Positions 38,579 through 48,874 of a stretch of 64,000 nucleotides of DNA are shown piece by piece (the first letter of the stretch is position 1; every line of letters begins with the position of its first letter). Origin of the DNA: Pseudomonadota bacterium (lineage in GTDB: Bacteria > Pseudomonadota > Alphaproteobacteria > Rhizobiales > JAKSCL01); NCBI GenBank assembly GCA_039026395.1, contig JBCCMK010000005.1:2428-66427 (forward strand), given 5' to 3'. The translations under genes were made by a program, and so were the position numbers. Under the pieces are notes generated by a model that saw nothing but the letters and a program-made list of their open reading frames with translations, had not been told where the DNA came from and ran no database searches.

Positions 38579-39553
38579 CTAGACGGTAAAGACGGTTGAT
38601 CCGGTCGTTTTCCGGCCTTCCAAGTCGGCGTGCGCCTGCGCTGCGTCGCGCAAGGGATAGGTCTGGTCGACGCGGATTTTAACCGTCCCGGAGACGACCA
38701 CGTCGAAAAGCTCCTTGGCCATTTCCAGCAGTCGATCTCGCTCCGCAATGTAATTGAAGAGCGACGGACGCGTTGCAAAGAGCGATCCGTTTTGGGCGAG
38801 CAAACCCAGATTGAAGTCAGGCAAAGGCCCAGACGACTGGCCGAACGACACCCACATGCCGAGCGGCTTTAAACAATGAAGCGAGCCAGGAAACGTGTCC
38901 TTGCCGACGGCGTCATAGGCGACGTTCGCACCTTTTCCGTCCGTTAGCTCCTTGACGCGCTCAACGAAATCTTCCTCACGATAAAGGATCGTCTCGTCGC
39001 AGCCATGCGCCTTCGCGAGCTCAGCCTTTTCTGCGCTGCCAACGGTCCCAATCACCCGAGCGCCTAACGACTTCGCCCATTGGCAGGCAATCAAACCGAC
39101 ACCGCCGGACGCCGCGTGAAAGAGGATCGTGTCACCCGCTTGGACTTTGTACGTCTGGCGCAAAAGATATTGCGCCGTCAGCCCTTTCAGCATGATCGCC
39201 GCGGCAGTCTGATCATCGATATCGTCTGGAATGGGAACGGCCGACGCTGCAGGCAGTGTCCTCAGTTCGGCATAGGATCCAATTGGGCCAACATACGCCA
39301 CACGATCACCAACAGAGAATTCCGTTACGCCTGTACCGACCGCTTCAACGACCCCGGCGCCCTCATTGCCCGGCGAAAAAGGGCTGCTCGGCGCCGGATA
39401 AAGGCCGGACCGGAAATAGGTGTCGATGAAGTTGAGCCCAATTGCCGTATGGCGGATCAGGATCTCGCCCTCTCCTGGGGTCGGCGTCTCTACCTCTTCC
39501 CAGGTGAGAACGTCGGGGCCACCCGTTTCATGAACTCGGATCGCGTGGGGCAT
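38579..39553 (-). CDS. qor: NADPH:quinone oxidoreductase (zeta-crystallin/MDR family)
   Basis: GLNFID, PGNEGAG, HAASGGVG, SFGQSSG, RKTTGS. Confidence 0.92.
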   Translation of the reverse strand: MPHAIRVHETGGPDVLTWEEVETPTPGEGEILIRHTAIGLNFIDTYFRSGLYPAPSSPFSPGNEGAGVVEAVGTGVTEFSVGDRVAYVGPIGSYAELRTLPAASAVPIPDDIDDQTAAAIMLKGLTAQYLLRQTYKVQAGDTILFHAASGGVGLIACQWAKSLGARVIGTVGSAEKAELAKAHGCDETILYREEDFVERVKELTDGKGANVAYDAVGKDTFPGSLHCLKPLGMWVSFGQSSGPLPDFNLGLLAQNGSLFATRPSLFNYIAERDRLLEMAKELFDVVVSGTVKIRVDQTYPLRDAAQAHADLEGRKTTGSTVFTV

Positions 39554-39705
39554 AGGAGAACCTCTGATGCTTTGTTTTCATCTTCCTGCAAGCCTGGAGG
39601 CGAAATTTCAATGTTGGATCGACCTGTGTCGCCAAATCGCACCTCCGTCTGGACATCTATCTGGGCCGCATGCTCGTAATCGGACCAGATGAACTGTTCG
39701 AGAAG

Positions 39706-40911
39706 ATGATGAAGAACCATTTTGATGTGGCGGTGGTTGGGGCTGGTCCGATCGGAAACACGTCTGCCCTTTTGTTGACCGAGCTTGGTTTGAGCGTGGC
39801 ATTAATCGGGCCAGACATTTCGGCCGCCGAGACCCGCACAACCGCCCTTTTGAATGGGACAGTGCAACTGTTCAAAACGATTGGCGCGTGGCCTGAGATG
39901 GCAAAGGTGGGGCAACCCCTCGCCTCAATGCGCCTGGTTGACGATACGGGACGCCTTTTGCGCGCCCCAACGGTGACCTTCAAAGCAGATGAGATCGACC
40001 TTCCCTATTTCGGGATGAATGTGCCGGTATCAAAGGTGAATGCTGCACTTGCCACGCGCGTTGCGGAAAGTGACGGGATTGCGCGGTTCCCGCATCTGGT
40101 CTCTGACATTGATCTGAATGGTGACGCAGCAGCTCTGAAGCTCCAGAACGATGAGACCGTCTTTGCTTCATTTGTGGTCGCAGCAGATGGCCGTGAATCG
40201 CCCTGCCGCAAGGCCGCGGGCATCGACGTCCGGGTGACAGACCTGCCGCAGTCAGCTATCGCCACATCATTTTCGCATTCGCTACCGCACAACGACATCT
40301 CAACTGAGTTCCATAAAAAGGAAGGCCCGTTCACCGTCGTTCCGATGCCCGGTGAGAAAAGTGCGCTGGTATGGATGGTGCGCCCAGAGCGCGCTGACAA
40401 AGTTTTGTCGCTCGGTGAGGATGCGCTGATCGAGACACTCGAAGAGAACTCCCATGGCATCCTCGGAAAGATTTCTGATGTGACTCGGATTCGCGCCTAT
40501 CCACTCCGGCACCAAACAGCGCATCGTTTCGCTGGCGATCGCGTCGCTTTGGTCGGTGAAGCCGCACACGTCATGCCGCCCATCGGTGCGCAGGGGCTCA
40601 ATCTTGGGCTCCGTGACGTTGCGGCCCTTCGTGACGCATTGGAAGACGCTCAGATTGCTCGCGGGGCACTAGATCGCGACCAAATCAATGCAGCGCTTGA
40701 CGCCTACCATGCGGCCCGACGCGTTGATATTCGCTCACGAATGGCAGCCGTCGGTGTGCTGAACAGCTCACTTCTTTCAGGTTTCATTGGCGCGCAAGCG
40801 GCCAGGAGTATCGGGCTTCATGCTGCAAAGGCGATTGCGCCGCTTCGCAGAATTCTGATGCGCGAAGGCATGCAGCCGTCCTACGCGACACCGCGCTTAA
40901 TGCGGGCGTAG
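39706..40911 (+). CDS. UbiH/UbiL family FAD-dependent hydroxylase (ubiquinone biosynthesis)
   Basis: VVGAGPIG, AADGRES, LVGEAAHVMPPIGAQGLNLG. Confidence 0.87.
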   Translation: MMKNHFDVAVVGAGPIGNTSALLLTELGLSVALIGPDISAAETRTTALLNGTVQLFKTIGAWPEMAKVGQPLASMRLVDDTGRLLRAPTVTFKADEIDLPYFGMNVPVSKVNAALATRVAESDGIARFPHLVSDIDLNGDAAALKLQNDETVFASFVVAADGRESPCRKAAGIDVRVTDLPQSAIATSFSHSLPHNDISTEFHKKEGPFTVVPMPGEKSALVWMVRPERADKVLSLGEDALIETLEENSHGILGKISDVTRIRAYPLRHQTAHRFAGDRVALVGEAAHVMPPIGAQGLNLGLRDVAALRDALEDAQIARGALDRDQINAALDAYHAARRVDIRSRMAAVGVLNSSLLSGFIGAQAARSIGLHAAKAIAPLRRILMREGMQPSYATPRLMRA

Positions 40912-40921
40912 GCCCAGGGCC

Positions 40922-41872
40922 CTAGACTGGCAAGAGGTCGTTGGTGATCAGGTACAAGAGCCCCGTCACCGTAAAAACTGAGACGACGGTGCCGACCAGG
41001 ATCACACTCGACGCTCGCTCAACGTATGTGTCATACTGCTGAGCGAGGATAAACACGTTCAAAGCCGGAGGAAGTGCGGCCATCAAAATGGCTGTGGTGA
41101 TCCAGATTTTGTCGGTTACGCCGACCAATCCGAGCATGACGACGACGACAATTGGGTGAATGACGAGCTTTATGAGGAGTAATACCGGCATTTCACCCGG
41201 GATTCTCTTCAATGGACGCATCGCCACGGTCACACCCATGGTGAAGAGCGCGCACGGCGCGGCAGCACCCGCCAGGAACTCTAACATCCGGTCCACTGCC
41301 GTTGGCGGCTGAAATTGGAAGTAGGCCGCGATCACACCTGCAATGGTCGCGAGGATAAACGGGTGAAAAAACACGCGCTTTAGAACGAGTAGCGCTGTTT
41401 CCTTAAAATTCACCGCGCCGTCGCCACCAAGCGCCATCAGAAACGGCACGAGCGTAAAGAGAAGAGCGTTGTCGAAGCAGAAGATGAGCGCTGTCGGCAC
41501 CGCCGCCGGTGGGCCGAGCGCTGCAAGCGTGATCCCCGGGCCCATATAGCCGATGTTAGAGTATGAGCCCGCAACACCCTGGATCGTCGAGATGGGGATA
41601 TTGCCTCGCGTGACCACTATTCCGACCACAAAGGCGAGTGCGAATGCGACATAGGTTGAGAAGCTCGTCGCGAAAATGTACGCCCAGTTTGTCAACTGAT
41701 CGATCGGCGTCGATGCGATCAGGCGATAAAACAGTGCGGGCAACGCGAAATAGAGGATGAAGGTATTCAGCCACGCCAGACCCTCAATCGGGATCTTGAC
41801 GATCCGAGCGGCAAGATAGCCGAGAAAGATCAGGCCAAAAAACGGCGAGGAAAGAGACAGGATCTCGGCCAT
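40922..41872 (-). CDS. AEC (malonate/auxin efflux carrier) family transporter
   Basis: About 10 TM helices; FALPALF, SNIGYMG, AAAPCALF, AALPPA. Confidence 0.85.
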   Translation of the reverse strand: MAEILSLSSPFFGLIFLGYLAARIVKIPIEGLAWLNTFILYFALPALFYRLIASTPIDQLTNWAYIFATSFSTYVAFALAFVVGIVVTRGNIPISTIQGVAGSYSNIGYMGPGITLAALGPPAAVPTALIFCFDNALLFTLVPFLMALGGDGAVNFKETALLVLKRVFFHPFILATIAGVIAAYFQFQPPTAVDRMLEFLAGAAAPCALFTMGVTVAMRPLKRIPGEMPVLLLIKLVIHPIVVVVMLGLVGVTDKIWITTAILMAALPPALNVFILAQQYDTYVERASSVILVGTVVSVFTVTGLLYLITNDLLPV

Positions 41873-41981
41873 TGTGAGGCCTCCTTCCCGCCTCTCTCGC
41901 TTTGCCTAGCGCGCTGAGCCGAGCCGCGCTACACGCCATTGGTAGACGATCGATCGATTATGACCTTCAATTCCTTTTCTT

Positions 41982-42848
41982 ATGAAAAATTACCTACAAC
42001 ACATTGAATATCTGGGGTTTTTGATCGTCTTTCGCCTGATCAGAGCGATGCCGCTTGATATGGCGTCGGCGGTGTCAGGCAAGCTGTGGCGCGTTTTTGC
42101 GCCGCTCAATAAGCGCCATCAACGCGCGCTTGATAATCTGGCGCGCGCCTTTCCTGAAAAATCACTACAGGAACGCGAACTGATCGCGCGCAATATGTGG
42201 GAAAACTTGGGTCGCGTAACGGCTGAGAGTTTCCAACTCGACCGCCTTCTTGCGCAGGAGGAACAACGGATCCACTACGAAATACAACACTTGGAGGAGG
42301 GCATTGATCGGGAGCGTGGCAGCCTCATCCTCTCCATGCACACCGGCAACTGGGAAATCTGTTGCTGGCCGATGACGCAGGCTGGTTTCAATCCAGCGGG
42401 CGTCTACCAGCGCGTGAAAAACCCCAAGATCGATGCTCTGATCGCAAACGTCAGAGCGCCGGTTTACCCGGGTGGATTGTTTGCGAAAAGCCACGATACC
42501 GGGCGAAAACTCGTGAGTTGGGTGAAGAAAGGCGGTCAGCTCGGCGTTTTATCGGACCAACGTGAAAACAAAGGAATTGTCGTTCCTTTCTTTGGTCATC
42601 CCGCACCAACAACACCACTCCCCGCGATGTTAGCAGTCCGGCTGGACGTTCCAATCATCATTGGGCGCGTCATCCGTCAGAAGGGCGTGAACTTTCACGT
42701 CGAAGGCCAGTTTCTGGAGTACGAAACCACCGGCTCAAAGAAAGAGGATATTGAGACTGTGACGATCGCGATCCAAAAACAATTCGAAGACTGGATCCGA
42801 GAATATCCAGACCAGTGGATGTGGGGTCATCGCCGCTGGGAGAGCTGA
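41982..42848 (+). CDS. Lipid A late acyltransferase (HtrB/LpxL family)
   Basis: HTGNWE, DQ, VPFFG, YPDQWMWGHRRW. Confidence 0.88.
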   Translation: MKNYLQHIEYLGFLIVFRLIRAMPLDMASAVSGKLWRVFAPLNKRHQRALDNLARAFPEKSLQERELIARNMWENLGRVTAESFQLDRLLAQEEQRIHYEIQHLEEGIDRERGSLILSMHTGNWEICCWPMTQAGFNPAGVYQRVKNPKIDALIANVRAPVYPGGLFAKSHDTGRKLVSWVKKGGQLGVLSDQRENKGIVVPFFGHPAPTTPLPAMLAVRLDVPIIIGRVIRQKGVNFHVEGQFLEYETTGSKKEDIETVTIAIQKQFEDWIREYPDQWMWGHRRWES

Positions 42849-42915
42849 TATTTGCGATTGAATGGTCAGCACTTCCGTTTATGTTGCGCCGCAACATGAA
42901 CAGATTGAAGACCCG

Positions 42916-43962
42916 ATGACCGTCAAGACACCTGCCGCTTTTTATAAGCCTCTCGCGGTTGGCGCGCCGCTGCCCCTACTCGCTCTCCCCACGAAGCTTG
43001 AGCGCATGATCCACTTTGTGCCGCCGCATGTGGAGAAAATTCGGTCAAAAGTTCCCTCCATCGCGCCCACGGTCGACGTTGTTCTCGGCAATCTGGAGGA
43101 TGCGATCCCAGCGGACCAAAAGGAAGCGGCGCGTGCTGGCGTGATTGAGATGGGTAAAACCATTGATTTCGGCGCGACAGGCTTTTGGATCCGTATGAAC
43201 AGCCTCGATAGCCCGTGGGCGCTGGACGATCTTCTTGAGATTGTCCCAACTATTGGGAATGCGCTCGATGTCATCATGGTGCCGAAAGTCGAGGGGCCGT
43301 GGGACATTCACTATGTCGACCAGCTGGTCTCGCAGATGGAAGCAAAAGGCGGCGTTTCGCGCCCCATCCTCCTCCATGCGATTTTGGAAACCGCAGAAGG
43401 CGTCAAAAACGTCGATGCGATCGCTGGTGCCAGCCCACGCATGCATGGGATGAGCCTGGGGCCAGCGGACCTTGCCGCATCACGCGGCATGAAGACGACC
43501 CGCGTTGGCGGCGGTCACCCGTTTTATGGCGTGCTTTCCGACCCTGACGGTGATGCGTCTCGCAGTTTCGCGCAGCAGGATCTTTGGCACTATACGATCG
43601 CGAAGATGGTCGATGCGTGCCTCTCCTGCGGGCTAAAAGCATTTTACGGACCTTTTGGTGATTTTAGCGACCTGGATGCGTGCGAAGCGCAATTCAGAAA
43701 TGCGTTTTTAATGGGATGTCATGGCGCTTGGACGCTTCATCCGACCCAAATCGACATCGCAAAACGGGTGTTCAGCCCGCAAGCGGATGAAGTGAAGTTC
43801 GCGCTTCGCATTCTTGAGGCGATGCCGGACGGGACCGGTGCCGTGATGATCGACGGAAAAATGCAGGATGACGCGACGTGGAAACAAGCCAAAGTGATCG
43901 CCGAACTCGCAAAATCAGTCGCCGCGCGTGACCCAGATATGGCGAAAGTGTACGGACTTTAG
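42916..43962 (+). CDS. mcl: Malyl-CoA/beta-methylmalyl-CoA/citramalyl-CoA lyase (CitE/HpcH fold)
   Basis: [63 protein letters not shown], recalled as close to Chloroflexus aurantiacus Mcl. Confidence 0.8.
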   Translation: MTVKTPAAFYKPLAVGAPLPLLALPTKLERMIHFVPPHVEKIRSKVPSIAPTVDVVLGNLEDAIPADQKEAARAGVIEMGKTIDFGATGFWIRMNSLDSPWALDDLLEIVPTIGNALDVIMVPKVEGPWDIHYVDQLVSQMEAKGGVSRPILLHAILETAEGVKNVDAIAGASPRMHGMSLGPADLAASRGMKTTRVGGGHPFYGVLSDPDGDASRSFAQQDLWHYTIAKMVDACLSCGLKAFYGPFGDFSDLDACEAQFRNAFLMGCHGAWTLHPTQIDIAKRVFSPQADEVKFALRILEAMPDGTGAVMIDGKMQDDATWKQAKVIAELAKSVAARDPDMAKVYGL

Positions 43963-44051
43963 TTGCTACCCGTGGTCACTTGACAGGAACGCCTCGGCTT
44001 CCGACACTTCAGTCAAGACTGAAATTCCCATTTGAGGGTAAAGCCAAGGCT

Positions 44052-44381
44052 ATGAGCGAAAGAAACGCTAAATTCCAGATCGGGCAGGTTGTACGCCACC
44101 GCCTTTTCCCGTTTCGTGGGGTGGTGTTTGACGTGGATCCAACCTTCGACAATACGGAGGAATGGTGGCTCGCAATTCCGGAAACGATCCGGCCATCAAA
44201 AAACCAGCCCTTCTATCATCTGTTAGCAGAGAACTCTGAGACCGAGTACGTCGCGTATGTGTCAGAGCAGAACCTGATCCCAGACACGTCGGGCGAACCG
44301 ATCCGTCACCCGCAGGTCGATGAAATCTTCGGTGACCTAAAGGGCGACATCTACCAAACGCGGGATCACATGACACATTAG
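44052..44381 (+). CDS. hspQ: Heat shock protein HspQ (YccV-like)
   Basis: AKFQIGQVVRHR, GVVFDVDP, QPFYHLLAE, YVSEQNL. Confidence 0.92.
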   Translation: MSERNAKFQIGQVVRHRLFPFRGVVFDVDPTFDNTEEWWLAIPETIRPSKNQPFYHLLAENSETEYVAYVSEQNLIPDTSGEPIRHPQVDEIFGDLKGDIYQTRDHMTH

Positions 44382-44406
44382 GTTCGTCTCAGAATACGGA
44401 CCAAAG

Positions 44407-44437
44407 AAAAACCCGGCGGGATTTCCGCCGGGTTTTT
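44407..44437. terminator. Bidirectional rho-independent terminator between hspQ and ialB
   Basis: AAAAA-CCCGGCGG-gattt-CCGCCGGG-TTTTT between convergent genes. Confidence 0.9.
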
Positions 44438-44462
44438 GTTTTGGGTTGAGCGTTCAGTCGAT

Positions 44463-45110
44463 CTACTCGGTCGTCGCTGGCGCCTGGCCACCGCCTTGCT
44501 GTTGACGACGCTGGCGGGCTTGTTCGGCCCTCTGACGCAAAGCTTCCTCAAGCTGGCGCTGGCTTTCTGCAAGGACTTCAGGATCAATCGGGTCGCCGTC
44601 AAAGGTGGCCGTAAAGCCAGTTAACGACATCCTGAATGATAGTGTTTGCCCACGACCGCTGATCGCGAGGATACGAAGCTCGTTACCCCGCTTGAGGCTG
44701 CCGACGACCCCTTCATCAATCTCAGCCTCGGCAAAGCAACCCGCCGGCAAGCAAATTCCAAATGGAAGAGCTGCCTGCTGGCCTTCATCGACCTGATATC
44801 GGACGCCGGGCTGCAAGAGCATGCCAAGTGGCAAACCGACGATAATCGCAGGCTTTTGATCCGTTTCCGGATGGCTACGAATGGCGGCTGAAGCCGCAAA
44901 ATTGCCGTTCTCGCCGCGCAGCTCCTGCGTGACGAGGCAGATCTCACGGCCCGTATCACCCGGCTCGGCTTCGCAGACCTTTACCCAGGGTGAAACTTGC
45001 TGGTTTTCGGCAGGTGCATCTTGCGCGACAGCGGGCGCGAGGCCAGCAGCGAGAAGGCCAAGTGCGACGAAGCCCGAAAATGGTGAAGTCGATTTCCACC
45101 TAAACGCCAT
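44463..45110 (-). CDS. Invasion-associated locus B (IalB) family protein
   Basis: Signal peptide; WVKVC...C, LPLGMLL, CLPAGC, SLTGFTA. Confidence 0.82.
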   Translation of the reverse strand: MAFRWKSTSPFSGFVALGLLAAGLAPAVAQDAPAENQQVSPWVKVCEAEPGDTGREICLVTQELRGENGNFAASAAIRSHPETDQKPAIIVGLPLGMLLQPGVRYQVDEGQQAALPFGICLPAGCFAEAEIDEGVVGSLKRGNELRILAISGRGQTLSFRMSLTGFTATFDGDPIDPEVLAESQRQLEEALRQRAEQARQRRQQQGGGQAPATTE

Positions 45111-45367
45111 GGCTTTATCCTTGATTTGACATGTTTGCGCCGCTTGTAGCGGGATTCCCAGCCTCCCTCAACGGACCTTGAGGCTGAATTAAGGCAAGGC
45201 GCCGTGGTGTGACACGGACACCTCAGTCGTCCTTAGAAGCGCCCTGTATTGGGTGTCCAATTGTGGACTGAGCCGAGCTCGAAATGTCGATCCCTGACTG
45301 TGCCGACGGAGTATGGCACGTTGTGCCAAATGATTCGGGTACTCCTGAAATGAGCAAGCGAGAGGCC

Positions 45368-47188
45368 ATGACTTCGTTATTGGACGATACCATTCGCAGA
45401 ATTTTGCTGGCATTCGTCGGTTCGTGTCTCGCAATCGGCTTGTCCCACGCCGACCCACAGCACGGGATCGCCATGCATGGAGATCCAGGCTATGCACCCG
45501 ACTTCACCCATTTCAGCTATGTAAACCCCGATGCGCCGATTGGCGGCGACCTCACTGTCGCGACACTCGGGCGTTTCGACAGCCTCAATCCCTTCATTGT
45601 GCGTGGGTCACCGGTCATCCAGCTCCGGTCGACCAATTACGTGTTCGAGCGGCTTATGGGCCGCGCTTTCGATGAGCCGTTCTCGCTCTACGGCCTCTTG
45701 GCAGAAACGATCGAAGTTCCGGAGGATCGAGCCTGGGTGGAGTTCACGCTCAGGCCGGAAGCTCGTTTCTCGGACGGAACGCCAGTCAAGGTCGATGATG
45801 TCATCTTTTCGTTTGAGCGTTTACGCGACGATGGTCGCCCGAACTATCGCAACAGCTACTCTAAAGTCGCGACGGTTGACCGGATCGGTGAGCGAGGCGT
45901 GCGCTTCACCTTCAATGACACGAGTGATCGCGAGCTCCCGCTGATTATCGGGCTACTTCAAGTGCTGCCGAAACATGTTTACGACGGTGAACGGTTCAAT
46001 GAGGCCGGGTTAGATACGCCGATTGGGAGCGGGCCCTACCTTGTCGACGAGGTGGAGGCTGGCAGCCAGATCCGTTTTCGACGAAATCCGGATTATTGGG
46101 GCTGGGATGTTCCGGTCGTCCGTGGGCAGTACAATTTCGAGACGATGACAGTCGACTACTACCGCGACAACGGCACCATGTTCGAAGCGTTTCGGAAGGG
46201 ATTGGTGGATTACCGAAACGAAGCCGACCCCACGCGGTGGGCGACGGCCTATGAGTTTCCAGCGGTCGAGGACGGCCGCGTCGTTACCGAGACAATTGAG
46301 ACATCCTTGCCAAAGGGTATGGACGGGATGGTGTTCAACACCAGACGCGAGATTTTTGCCGACGTCCGCGTCCGAAAAGCACTGACGCTGCTTTTTGATT
46401 TCGAGTGGATCAATAAGACACTCTACTACGGCCTTTTTGGCCGGACAGAGAGCTACTTCCACGGTTCCCCTCTTTCCTCGCTCGGCGTACCGATGGATGC
46501 AAGAGAGACGGAAATCCTTGCCCCTTTCGGCCGAACCCTAGATCCGAGCCTTATGGACGGGAGTTTCGCATTACCCAAGTCGAACGGCTCCGGGCGTGAT
46601 CGGCGCGCTCTTAGAGCGGCGCTCACGCTTTTTGAGGAAGCGGGGTATGAACTTCGCGAAGGCGTGCTGACAAATACCACGACTGGCGAACCGTTCACAT
46701 TTGAGTACATGGTGGTCAGCCGTGACCAGGAGCGGCTTGGGCTTTCCTATGCAAAAAGCTTAGAGCGCGCCGGAATTGAAATGGTCGTGCGCCAAATCGA
46801 CTCGACCCAATTCCAGCAACGTCGACAGACCTACGACTACGATATGTTTCAAAACCGGTGGTTCCTGTCACTGTCGCCGGGCAATGAGCAGAAGTTCTAC
46901 TGGGGCTCACCCGCTGCCGACGCGGAAGGCACCCGCAATTACATGGGGGTTAAAAATCCCGCCATTGATGCAGCGATCGAAGCGCTTCTTGCCGCTCGAA
47001 GCCGGGAAGACTTAGAGAGTGCAGCGCGGCTTCTCGATCGCCTTTTGCTGGACGGTTATTATGTCATCCCGCTCTTCCACACTCCCGCCCAATGGATCGG
47101 CCGATGGGCAGGCTACAAGCGCCCTGAGACCGGCACATTGTATGGCTCACCAGTGGAAACCTGGTGGCATGCACCAACCGAGCAGTGA
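45368..47188 (+). CDS. Family 5 extracellular solute-binding protein (YejA-like)
   Basis: HGIAMHG, FSYVNPDAP, FDSLNPF, YGLLAE, ARFSDG, GSGPY, SPGNEQ; ATG 45368 with GAGG RBS. Confidence 0.88.
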   Translation: MTSLLDDTIRRILLAFVGSCLAIGLSHADPQHGIAMHGDPGYAPDFTHFSYVNPDAPIGGDLTVATLGRFDSLNPFIVRGSPVIQLRSTNYVFERLMGRAFDEPFSLYGLLAETIEVPEDRAWVEFTLRPEARFSDGTPVKVDDVIFSFERLRDDGRPNYRNSYSKVATVDRIGERGVRFTFNDTSDRELPLIIGLLQVLPKHVYDGERFNEAGLDTPIGSGPYLVDEVEAGSQIRFRRNPDYWGWDVPVVRGQYNFETMTVDYYRDNGTMFEAFRKGLVDYRNEADPTRWATAYEFPAVEDGRVVTETIETSLPKGMDGMVFNTRREIFADVRVRKALTLLFDFEWINKTLYYGLFGRTESYFHGSPLSSLGVPMDARETEILAPFGRTLDPSLMDGSFALPKSNGSGRDRRALRAALTLFEEAGYELREGVLTNTTTGEPFTFEYMVVSRDQERLGLSYAKSLERAGIEMVVRQIDSTQFQQRRQTYDYDMFQNRWFLSLSPGNEQKFYWGSPAADAEGTRNYMGVKNPAIDAAIEALLAARSREDLESAARLLDRLLLDGYYVIPLFHTPAQWIGRWAGYKRPETGTLYGSPVETWWHAPTEQ

Positions 47189-47218
47189 CCAAGAAAAACA
47201 AAATTTGAGATACCGCTG

Positions 47219-48874
47219 ATGCGCATTCGCCGCACGCCAACATTTGAACAGAGCGCCGAGACAGGCGTACTCGCCTCGCTGACACTCGACCAATTGGTCC
47301 GCAACATATTGCGGCGAAACATGCATGGCGTCTTTGCTGCCGATCCGCCAAACCTTGGGGAAATCTGCGGTTATGAGCCCCGAACCGTTCTTTGGTCAGA
47401 AGCGGAACGGCACATAGAGGGCGCGGCCCAAGCGCTCCGCGGCATGGGGCTGAGGCAGGGCGACATCGTCGCTGTCCGAATGCCCAATTCAGTCGATCAG
47501 CTTTTGACGCTTTGCGCGATCTGGCGGGCGGGTCTGGTCGCCTGCCCGATTCCACTTACCTGGCGCCGCCGTGAGTGGGTCAATGCACTGTCTTTGACGG
47601 CGCCAAAAGCGCTCATCACGATGACGCAGATCGGAAACGAGGACACCGCAGAGGTCGCCAGACAGATGGCGGCAAAGCAGTTCTCAATTCGCTTTGTCGG
47701 TGCTTTTGGTGACGACGCACCGGATGGCGTGCTGCCCCTAAAACCTCTGATTGAAGAGTTCACAGATATCGACGCAGAGCTAACAAAAGAAGCTCAGCTC
47801 GACATAGACCGCGGTGAGGATGTTGCCGTCATCCACGTCATGGAAACTGACGCGGGCATCACGGCAATTCCGCGTTCGCATGCGAGCCTCATGGCATGCG
47901 CACTCCCCCTTGTGACGAAGATCGATCTGACGCAAACGGACCGTATTTTGAACACGATGATGCAAGGGCACTTAAGCGGGCTTGTCACCGGTTTGGTCGC
48001 GTCGCTTCTCTCTGGCGCTTCGCTTCACCTACACCATCCTGTTTCAGCAAAAGTGCTGGATGAACAAGCGCGCACACTCATGCCGACGGTCACGATTGGC
48101 CCGATAACGCTTCTGAACGACCTGGTTTCCGCCGGGAGCGTTTCGAGTTCAAGCCGACTGGTCGGTATCAATGCGTTCGGGCGGAATCGGGTCCCAGCAA
48201 ACCTGAGAGACAGAAGAAAATTCGAAACGATCGTTTCAGTCGGAGACCTTGCTCTCCTGGACGGGTACACCTCAGAAACAGGGGATGTTTTGCTCGCGAT
48301 CGGTGATCATCGCATCAACGATGCAAACCCCGGATCGCCGACAGTGCTGTCGCTCATAGAACCGAAAAAATCACCGGATGATGCGGGCGCGGAACGAGGT
48401 TCTGATGTCATCTTGGCCGTCCGCGGTGGCGCTGCGCCGGACGGCCCCTGGCTCGGACCGACCCAGACATTTGGCAATAGTGGCGCGACTGCCGAAGCAC
48501 CGTCCGACATGACCATCTTGCCCTTGCGGTTCGAGCGTGTTGGGAGTTCCCAGGTTAAGATCACCTCTATTTCCCCCGGGTTGGCAGCCATTGGCGGGCT
48601 GCTACTCGATATTCGCGCGCTCGACCGTGCCTTCAGCCGGATCAGCGGCGCCGAAGCAGCAGCCGTTGCATCAACGGGTGAAGCGCTCGCGGTCGGTGTG
48701 GTGCCATCCGGTACCCGTGCGGTGGAACCTGATGATATTCGGTCTTCGCTATCTGATCTGTCGATCGCCGATCACAAAATTCCTGACCAGATCGCAAGTT
48801 TTGTTGCATTGCCCCGCCGCGCTGACGGTGGCATCGACCGTGAAATAATCCTCAAAAAGGCGGCGAACGGATGA
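47219..48874 (+). CDS. AMP-binding (ANL) fold protein with degenerate catalytic motifs
   Basis: GLRQGDIVAVRMPN, AGLVACP and C-terminal HKIPD..LPRRADGGIDR match the ANL fold; P-loop and A10 Lys absent. Confidence 0.75.
   Translation: MRIRRTPTFEQSAETGVLASLTLDQLVRNILRRNMHGVFAADPPNLGEICGYEPRTVLWSEAERHIEGAAQALRGMGLRQGDIVAVRMPNSVDQLLTLCAIWRAGLVACPIPLTWRRREWVNALSLTAPKALITMTQIGNEDTAEVARQMAAKQFSIRFVGAFGDDAPDGVLPLKPLIEEFTDIDAELTKEAQLDIDRGEDVAVIHVMETDAGITAIPRSHASLMACALPLVTKIDLTQTDRILNTMMQGHLSGLVTGLVASLLSGASLHLHHPVSAKVLDEQARTLMPTVTIGPITLLNDLVSAGSVSSSSRLVGINAFGRNRVPANLRDRRKFETIVSVGDLALLDGYTSETGDVLLAIGDHRINDANPGSPTVLSLIEPKKSPDDAGAERGSDVILAVRGGAAPDGPWLGPTQTFGNSGATAEAPSDMTILPLRFERVGSSQVKITSISPGLAAIGGLLLDIRALDRAFSRISGAEAAAVASTGEALAVGVVPSGTRAVEPDDIRSSLSDLSIADHKIPDQIASFVALPRRADGGIDREIILKKAANG

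Noticed and set aside
45314..45328. Sigma54 promoter at TGGCAC
   Set aside because: GG-to-GC spacing is 8 nt on both strands, not the required 10
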